Source: Acidimicrobiia bacterium
Lineage (GTDB): Bacteria > Actinomycetota > Acidimicrobiia > Spongiisociales > ZC4RG35
Assembly: GCA_963665765.1 (NCBI GenBank)
Contig: OY762464.1
Span: 233,741 to 297,740 of the forward strand
DNA: 64,000 bases
Direction of reading: 5' to 3'
Shown here: in pieces, positions 57,331-64,000 of the stretch
How positions within the stretch are numbered: position 1 is the first letter of the stretch
How the letters are laid out: every line of letters begins with the position of its first letter
Position numbers and translations under genes: made by a program
The notes under the pieces: model-generated
Told to the model about the DNA's origin: nothing
The model's database searches: none
What the model saw: the letters and a program-made list of their open reading frames with translations, nothing else

Positions 57331-57367
57331 TGACCAGTCACTGCTGAGCTGGAGAAGGCGTAGCCTG

Positions 57368-58363
57368 ATGAAAACATCCAAGAGATTCGGAATCAAACTG
57401 CCGGGTGCCGGAATTCGCAACAATATTGATCTTGCTCAATATGCTGATGACGTTGGTGTGGATTCAGTTTGGATGGCGGAAGGGCGTCTCACCAATGATG
57501 CGATAACTCCGATGGCCGTATATGCGGCTTACACGGAGAGTGTCAGGGTCGGATGTGGTGTGCTCCCCATCTTTACTCGCAATCCGGCCCTAATCGCACA
57601 GACCTTTGCTACCTTGGACTTCCTGGCGCCGGGGAGGATAATTCTCGGTCTAGGCGTATGGTGGGATCCGATCGCCACGAAGGTTGGCATTGACCGCGGG
57701 ACCAAACTTATCCGAGCGGCCCGTGAATACGTCGAGGCGATTCGACTCCTGCTCGAACGCAGGGAACCGGTCACGTATGAGGGCGAATATGTACGGTTCG
57801 ATGACGTGTTCCTCGATCACAGTTCAACTGGTCCACACCATGTTCCGATCTACCTGGCCGCCGTCGGACCGCAGATGCTCAGACTGGCCGGTCGCGTTGC
57901 CGACGGTGTGGTCCTGAATAGCAGTCACACAGTTGAAGCCACGCGGGACGAGGTTCAGCAGGTACTGGTGGGGGCCGAGGCGGCAGGCCGCAGCCTCGAC
58001 GACATAGATATCGTGCAGCCATGCACCATTCGCCTGACCAACGACAAGCCGACCGCCATCGCTTCGGACAAGGTCGTCGTCACGCAGTTCATCGCCCAGC
58101 AACCACACGTTGCGGGACCTACCGGAATCGAACCGGAGTTGGCTGATCGAATCCGAGAGGTAGTGGGAGGTTGGCCGGCGAGCCGAAGCGCCATTGTGGA
58201 GGCGTCCAAGCTCGTTCCCGACGAGATCATTGAGAATATCGGTTGTTACGGGGACGATGATGAAGTGAGAGAGCGGCTGCGCGCATACGAAAATGCCGGG
58301 GTGGATTGCCTCTATGCCGCAGCCGACAAGGCACTGATTGACTTCCTAGCGCAGGGCTGGTGA
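57368..58363 (+). CDS. LLM-class F420-dependent oxidoreductase (paralog)
   Basis: Same family as 54391..55392 (..LGLGVWWDPIATKVGID..). Confidence 0.8.
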   Translation: MKTSKRFGIKLPGAGIRNNIDLAQYADDVGVDSVWMAEGRLTNDAITPMAVYAAYTESVRVGCGVLPIFTRNPALIAQTFATLDFLAPGRIILGLGVWWDPIATKVGIDRGTKLIRAAREYVEAIRLLLERREPVTYEGEYVRFDDVFLDHSSTGPHHVPIYLAAVGPQMLRLAGRVADGVVLNSSHTVEATRDEVQQVLVGAEAAGRSLDDIDIVQPCTIRLTNDKPTAIASDKVVVTQFIAQQPHVAGPTGIEPELADRIREVVGGWPASRSAIVEASKLVPDEIIENIGCYGDDDEVRERLRAYENAGVDCLYAAADKALIDFLAQGW

Positions 58364-58381
58364 CCTGAACAAGTCACTCCG

Positions 58382-59197
58382 ATGCTCACTGTAGACACCC
58401 ACTGCCATGTCCTCGACACATGGTTTGAACCGGTCGAGGTACTCCTGTTCCAGATGGCGCGAGCTGATGTCGACAAAGCTGTATTGGTTCAGCTGTCCAC
58501 CAACTATGACAACAGCTATCTTGTCGAGTGTTCCGATCGATTCCCGGGGCGGTTCGCCATCGTGGGCGCGGTCGACACCTCTGCACCAGACTGCCTGGAG
58601 AAGCTCGAATACTGGGCCGGCCTTGGTGTGATAGGAGTGCGGCTCACTCCGATGCAGAAGTCAGCAGGCAGAGATCCGCTCGCTGTTTGGAAGAAGGCGA
58701 ACACCTTGGGCATGTTGGTGGACCTGTGGGCTTGGCATGGCCCTGACGCCATGAAGGGATTCGTGTCCGACGAATACGCCGGATTGGTGGAACGCTTTCC
58801 GCAGATGCCATTTGTCATCGAACACCTCGGGTTCGTCGCCAATGACCCCGATCCTCCTTATGCTGACTTCAAGCGGATCCTGGCGCTGAATCGATACGCC
58901 AATGTCTTTTTGAAATTGCCCGGGATCGGCGAGTTCGTTCCCAGACCGGTCCCTCACCGCAGTCCGCCATTTGACTTTGACGCTATCCCACCCTTCATCG
59001 ACATGGCTCTCGATGCTTTCGGGCCGGATCGGGTAATGGTCGGCTCTGACCATCCTCGCTGCTCGGATTGGGAAGGATATTCGAACGTCTTCGGATACCT
59101 GCGGGAATACCTCGGGCGCTTGCTGAACGCTGATGAGATGGCCGCGGTCTTGGGGGCTACCGCCGAACGGATCTATTTCGCCAACCACATGGAGTGA
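58382..59197 (+). CDS. amidohydrolase-2-family metal-dependent TIM-barrel hydrolase
   Basis: N-terminal HxH-like TVDTHCHV.., an internal His, and a C-terminal Asp (..GSDHPR..). Confidence 0.7.
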   Translation: MLTVDTHCHVLDTWFEPVEVLLFQMARADVDKAVLVQLSTNYDNSYLVECSDRFPGRFAIVGAVDTSAPDCLEKLEYWAGLGVIGVRLTPMQKSAGRDPLAVWKKANTLGMLVDLWAWHGPDAMKGFVSDEYAGLVERFPQMPFVIEHLGFVANDPDPPYADFKRILALNRYANVFLKLPGIGEFVPRPVPHRSPPFDFDAIPPFIDMALDAFGPDRVMVGSDHPRCSDWEGYSNVFGYLREYLGRLLNADEMAAVLGATAERIYFANHME

Positions 59198-59319
59198 AAT
59201 CGTTGGAGCGTGATATGACACCCTCACGCCAAGAGGGATGCACGGTCGTGAGTCGGCGTGGCGGCGATGGCGTGACCAGACCTGAAGGGTCCGCCAACAG
59301 AACCCTCTGCCGTGCCTAA

Positions 59320-60462
59320 ATGAGGCGGGCACAAGTTACGACAGTCGCCTCGAGCGTGGTCGCCCTCGGTGCTGTACCGGTATTCCTAACCGGCGCCATG
59401 GGCGTTCAGATACGCGCCGAATTCGGACTCGGTCCTGCCGGATTCGGTCTAATGTTGAGCGCGTTCCATGTCAGCTCTGCTTTGGCATCCCCGGCATTGG
59501 GCCGAGCTGCCGAAAGACGCCCGGCGATGTCAATGCGATGGGCTGTGACACTCACTCTTGTATCCCTTGTCGGTGTCGCGCTGGGCGGGAGAAGTCCCGT
59601 CCTGTACGCAGGCTTCCTAATCGGAACCGGGCTGGGGTTCGCACTGGCGCAGACTTCTACGAATCTCTTCATCACGCGAACTGTGCCGGCCGGCAACCGG
59701 GCCACGGTACTGGGCATCAAGCACGCTGCCATTCCGCTCGCCGCCTTGTTGGCGGGATTAGCCGTGCCGACGGTTGCCGTAACCATCGGCTGGCGCTGGG
59801 CCTTCGCCATCGCAGCAGGCGGTGCGACTCTCCTTTGGGCACGGCTGCCGAAATCATTCAATGAGTTCGGCAAACCTCCTGCAAAAGATGGCGGAGGCAG
59901 TCCCCCGAAGGAACTTGTCGTGCTGGTGTTGGCAACCATTCTGGCGATGGCCAGCAGTTCTGCCCTGAGCGCCTTCCTGGTCTCTTTCGCGGTCGCAACG
60001 GGCATCGGCGCGGCTTCTGCCGGATTCTTACTCGCCGCCGGCGGTGCTTCAGCCATTGCCATGCGAGTCATGTGGGGATGGTTAGCCGATCGCCGGTCGA
60101 TCCAAGGTTACATTGCCATAGTGTGGCTGCTGACTGTTGGTAGCGTAGGCTATTGGCTGCTCAGCACGGAGCAACCAACGCTGGTCCTCATCGGCGCCAT
60201 GACCTCGTTCGGAGGGGTTTCAGGTTGGTCCGGGCTTCTCGCTCACGCGGTAGTTGACAGGAATCTGAAAGCTCCCGCTCGTGCCACGGGGGTGACCCAG
60301 GTCGGGTTCTACGTCGGAGGCGGTGTCGGGCCGCCGTTCTTCGGTTTTCTGATTGATCAATTCTCATATCGTTTGGCGTGGTTGACAGCCGCAGGCTTCG
60401 TGCTTGTCGCAGCCGGTCTCGCGCTGGCAGTGGAGTTGAATAGTCGCGCCAAGCAGACCTGA
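59320..60462 (+). CDS. MFS transporter
   Basis: 12-TM topology and MFS-like loops. Confidence 0.8.
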   Translation: MRRAQVTTVASSVVALGAVPVFLTGAMGVQIRAEFGLGPAGFGLMLSAFHVSSALASPALGRAAERRPAMSMRWAVTLTLVSLVGVALGGRSPVLYAGFLIGTGLGFALAQTSTNLFITRTVPAGNRATVLGIKHAAIPLAALLAGLAVPTVAVTIGWRWAFAIAAGGATLLWARLPKSFNEFGKPPAKDGGGSPPKELVVLVLATILAMASSSALSAFLVSFAVATGIGAASAGFLLAAGGASAIAMRVMWGWLADRRSIQGYIAIVWLLTVGSVGYWLLSTEQPTLVLIGAMTSFGGVSGWSGLLAHAVVDRNLKAPARATGVTQVGFYVGGGVGPPFFGFLIDQFSYRLAWLTAAGFVLVAAGLALAVELNSRAKQT

Positions 60463-60894
60463 CCCAGCCAGGCCGCGCCCGCCCTGCGGAGTCAGGGAAG
60501 ATCGAGACGTGAACCCCGCTGGACCCCAACAAACACTCTCCGATGAACCCGGGCGACTCACCGACACAACGACTACCTTCGAAGTCGACACAAGAGTTCA
60601 TGAAACCACTATCCTCAACTCACACTGAGGTAGGTTTTCCATCCTGAACAGGAGGTCTGGTCGGATGGGCCCAGCTATTCCAGAGATGGAACGTTACCGC
60701 CGAAACACCCACGGGTTCTGTAGCGCTCTGGGAGCGATCCGCACATGTCCTGCCGGGCGGGGACACTCGATCAGCATCTATTGGCGACCTTATCCGATCT
60801 ATCCCATGGACTCTGGTGATATCGCCACGTATTCCGAGAGCCTGGGACGCGTGGTGACTCACCTCGGATCAGCACTGTCGAGGGTCGGGACCTG

Positions 60895-62472
60895 ATGGTC
60901 GAAACTCTCATCAAGAACGGTAGGGTCTACGACGGTACGGGTTCAGATTGGTTCGGCGCCTCCGTTGCCATTGAGAAGGCCAAGGTGCAACTTATCAGGG
61001 GTGACACCTCGAGTCTGAAGGCCAAGCGCGTGATCGATGCCACAGGCAAGATAGTGTGCCCGGGTTTCGTCGATATGCACGCCCACTCGACAATGGTCAT
61101 CCTCAAGCATCCGGAGCACGAGCCAAAGGTGCGCCAGGGTGTCACCACCGAGTTGATCGGTGTTGATGGCAATTCCTACGCCCCCTTCCTTTCTGCTGAG
61201 GACCTTCGTCACTGGGGGATGCTCAACGGGGGCCTGGATGGTCACTTGCCCGAGAACCCGCAATGGCTCACCGTCGACGAGTACCTTTCTCGATACGATC
61301 GACGAGTTGCCGTCAACATTGCGTATGTCATAGGGAATGCTCCTCTTCGAATCTCGTCCGTGGGCTGGAACAACCGTCCTCCCTCGGACTCCGAGGCAAA
61401 GAAGATGCTGGAATTGCTGCGTTCCGGGATGCGTGACGGCGCATTCGGCATGTCCACCGGGCTCACCTACCCACCAGGCAGCTATGCGACATCGGATGAG
61501 ATAGCAGCGCTCTGCGAGGTTGTCCGCGACATGGGAGGTGTGTACGTCACTCACATTCGTTACGGGTCTGGCGATGGCTTCATCGATCCCAATCTGGAGG
61601 CACTCGATGTCGGGAGAAGAACGGGAGTGCCGGTCCATGTCTCGCACTTCGCCAGCACTTGGAAGCGCAACGGCCAGTTCCGTCCCTTGCTCAGACTGGT
61701 GGAGAAGGCAACTGCCGACGGTGTCGACGTGACATTCGATGCCTACCCGTACGTGCACACCGGCAGCCGTGCTCTGGTGATGATCCCCGAATGGACGCAT
61801 GAGGGTGGGCCGCAAGCCCTTCTCGCCAGGCTCCGCGACCCGAAAGTTCGCAGTCGCATGCGTCAGGAAACCGATCCGCGGGCAGCTCGCTGGCGAGCGG
61901 GCGACGGAATCACCCTGGGCGGGTTTCGCAAGCCTCAGAACAAGAAGCTTGACGGGATGACCATCGGGCAGATTGCGGACGAGCTGGCAAAAGATCCGCT
62001 TGATGCCCTATGCGATCTCTTGCTAGACGAGAATCTTGGCATCTCAGAGGTAGGTCTGTACGCCAACAACGCCACGAACAACAGGAAAGTCCTGGCCCAC
62101 CCCAGATGCATGGTCGGAAGCGATGCCCTTCTGTTGGGCGACTACCCCAGCCCGCGTTCCTATGGCACGTTTCCGAAGGTGCTCGGTGATCTCGTGCGTG
62201 ACGAAGGGCTGTTGTCGATGGCGGATGCGATTCGCAAAATCACGTCCCTGCCGGCGCAGCGACTTGGGCTCCAAGATCGAGGGATTCTGCGCAATGGCTT
62301 CGCAGCCGATCTGGTCGTATTCGATCCGCTCGAGATTCACTCGCCGGCAACCCTGGAGAGTCCGCGCCAGTTCCCTCTGGGGATTTCGCACGTCATGGTC
62401 AATGGTGTCCTCGTGATAGACGATGGGGAGCACACCGGCGCTCTCCCGGGCCGAGTCTTGCGGAACGGATGA
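60895..62472 (+). CDS. N-acyl-D-amino-acid deacylase (D-aminoacylase) family amidohydrolase
   Basis: ..IKNGRVYDGTG..PGFVDMHAHS.. N-terminus and D-aminoacylase-type length and blocks. Confidence 0.8.
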   Translation: MVETLIKNGRVYDGTGSDWFGASVAIEKAKVQLIRGDTSSLKAKRVIDATGKIVCPGFVDMHAHSTMVILKHPEHEPKVRQGVTTELIGVDGNSYAPFLSAEDLRHWGMLNGGLDGHLPENPQWLTVDEYLSRYDRRVAVNIAYVIGNAPLRISSVGWNNRPPSDSEAKKMLELLRSGMRDGAFGMSTGLTYPPGSYATSDEIAALCEVVRDMGGVYVTHIRYGSGDGFIDPNLEALDVGRRTGVPVHVSHFASTWKRNGQFRPLLRLVEKATADGVDVTFDAYPYVHTGSRALVMIPEWTHEGGPQALLARLRDPKVRSRMRQETDPRAARWRAGDGITLGGFRKPQNKKLDGMTIGQIADELAKDPLDALCDLLLDENLGISEVGLYANNATNNRKVLAHPRCMVGSDALLLGDYPSPRSYGTFPKVLGDLVRDEGLLSMADAIRKITSLPAQRLGLQDRGILRNGFAADLVVFDPLEIHSPATLESPRQFPLGISHVMVNGVLVIDDGEHTGALPGRVLRNG

Positions 62473-62490
62473 CCAAGCCCAACGCTCGAT

Positions 62491-63882
62491 GTGTCCAGAG
62501 ATTCGGATGACGCCAACGTGATTATCAAGGGCGGCCGTGTTGTGACAGAAGTTGGCGTTGTCGACGCAGACATCCTCGTCGTCGATGGGTCCATCGAGTC
62601 GATCGGATCTGGCTTTTCCGGGGGTCCGGTCGTGGATGCTCGCGGAGCATGGGTGTTGCCCGGCGTCGTTGATCCGCATGTTCACACATCGGTGGGTGGT
62701 TTCCACACGATCGATCCTCTCGCCGAGGATCTGAAGCAGGCGACCGCTGCGGCTCTCATGGGCGGCGTCACGACGGTCGGAGCCTATGTCAGTCGTGGAC
62801 CCGAGATGGGATTGATCGACACCGTCAAATATCAAATCCAGTTCGGGACCGAGCATTCTGCGGTCGACTTCGCTATCAACGCTCTGTGTCTTCCGGGAGA
62901 CCCGCTGACCGAGGTGGTTGATGCAGGCATCGGGTTGGGTGTAACCACATACAAGGCCTTTCTCGGGTACTACGTGCGTGGCGCCATGTTGGAAGATGAC
63001 GAACTGGTCGAGTTGATGGTGGCAGTAGCCTCCCACAATGGTCTGCTCCTGATACACCCGGAGAACGGGAGAGCAACCAAGTACTACCACGATATCGAAT
63101 ACGCACGCGACCCGACCGGCCTTGAGGGCTATATGCGATGCTCGCCGGGAATACTCGAAGCCGAAGGCATGTTCCGGGCAGCCGCGCTGGCCGAACTCAC
63201 CGGGTGCGATCTGCTGTTTGTTCACCTGTCCGCAGCCGAGACTGTTGGCGTGCTCACTCGGCTCAAGGATGGTGCGGCTTCAGTGCGGGTATGGAGCGAG
63301 ACGCAGCCGCACTACCTCATATTGACGGAGGACGCCCTTCTCAAGCACGGTTCCCTCGCCAAGATAGGCCCCCCGCTTCGCGGAAGTGAGGATGTGGCGG
63401 CAGTCTGGGACGCTGTCGACGCGGGGCACGTTGATTTGCTCTCAAGCGATCACTCGCCTCGCACCAAGGCTATGAAGCAAGCTACACCGGCCATATTCGA
63501 CGCCCCCTACGGTGGCATCACGTCGTCGGAGGCCCTACTTCCGCTGGCGTACGCACTCGGTATTGAGACGGGTCGATTCGACATATGTAGGTTGGCGGAA
63601 CTGACAGCGACCAACGCCGCAAAGGCATACGGTCTCTTCCCTCGAAAAGGCGCCATACGAGTTGGCGCCGACGCCGATTTTGCCATCGTCCCGATTGAGG
63701 GGGAACCCCGTGAGATAGGGCCACACACTCTGCACGGTCGCTCGGACTACTCGCTTTACGCAGGCCTCACATCCAGAGGGTTCCCAAAGTACGTGGTGAG
63801 GCGTGGGTACTTGGCAGTATCGGAAGGTGAGGTGTTGGACAACCCGAGCGGCAGATATCTGGCTCGAGGTATGAAGTCGTGA
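62491..63882 (+). CDS. cyclic amidohydrolase (hydantoinase/dihydropyrimidinase/allantoinase-type)
   Basis: ..PGVVDPHVHT.. metal ligands, carbamylated-Lys context TYKAFLG, and downstream His and Asp. Confidence 0.8.
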   Translation: MSRDSDDANVIIKGGRVVTEVGVVDADILVVDGSIESIGSGFSGGPVVDARGAWVLPGVVDPHVHTSVGGFHTIDPLAEDLKQATAAALMGGVTTVGAYVSRGPEMGLIDTVKYQIQFGTEHSAVDFAINALCLPGDPLTEVVDAGIGLGVTTYKAFLGYYVRGAMLEDDELVELMVAVASHNGLLLIHPENGRATKYYHDIEYARDPTGLEGYMRCSPGILEAEGMFRAAALAELTGCDLLFVHLSAAETVGVLTRLKDGAASVRVWSETQPHYLILTEDALLKHGSLAKIGPPLRGSEDVAAVWDAVDAGHVDLLSSDHSPRTKAMKQATPAIFDAPYGGITSSEALLPLAYALGIETGRFDICRLAELTATNAAKAYGLFPRKGAIRVGADADFAIVPIEGEPREIGPHTLHGRSDYSLYAGLTSRGFPKYVVRRGYLAVSEGEVLDNPSGRYLARGMKS

Positions 63883-63919
63883 TTCTAGCTCCCGCGTCGA
63901 GTACCGCCAGACTCCGGTA

Positions 63920-64000
63920 ATGACAAGAGTTATAGCAAGTCGTGCACTACAAGCGTTGGTTACCCTCCTCGGTGTCAGCGTGGTTGTATTCGCGTTGAGC
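63920..64000 (+). CDS. ABC transporter permease (DppB-like), 5' end only
   Basis: MTRVIASRALQALVTLLGVSVVVFALS.. matches DppB/OppB N-termini. Runs off the window end. Confidence 0.5.
   Translation, partial: MTRVIASRALQALVTLLGVSVVVFALS

Noticed and set aside
62044-63225. 393-aa minus-strand ORF
   Set aside because: It is antisense to the D-aminoacylase and hydantoinase genes.

Overview
This is a high-GC, actinobacterial-type chromosomal segment. The first 24 kb holds core genes: purB, purA, ispH, a two-component system, a znuA-like gene preceded by a Zur-type palindrome, the Pup-proteasome block arc-dop-pup-prcB-prcA, and trmI. At the left edge two OpuAC-like betaine-binding proteins flank a BCCT transporter. 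From about 24.4 to 49.2 kb lies an accessory, defense-type island. It carries a holin-like gene pair, an IS630 element, and a nested ISL3/IS256/IS3/IS1634 stack. It also carries a DNA methyltransferase with a candidate restriction partner and duplicated pieces of that methyltransferase gene. Its most notable content is an uncharacterised four-gene operon (methyltransferase, unknown protein, ExeA-like AAA ATPase, PIN-like nuclease) with every gene overlapping the next by 4 nt. The island ends in a decayed type I R-M locus whose hsdM, hsdS and hsdR all carry large internal deletions, while the embedded HEPN/MNT and ImmA/DUF4411 modules look intact. Just right of the island an AhpD-like gene has an in-frame TGA at the second Cys of its CxxC motif, followed by a hairpin resembling a bacterial SECIS, so it is a selenoprotein candidate. 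The right end is a peptide / D-amino-acid / hydantoin-type catabolic cluster: an ABC transporter, two F420-type LLM oxidoreductases, a D-aminoacylase and a hydantoinase-like enzyme. The six-frame track also contains many long antisense ORFs that are GC artefacts. Several gene starts were re-assigned by homology reasoning and are approximate.
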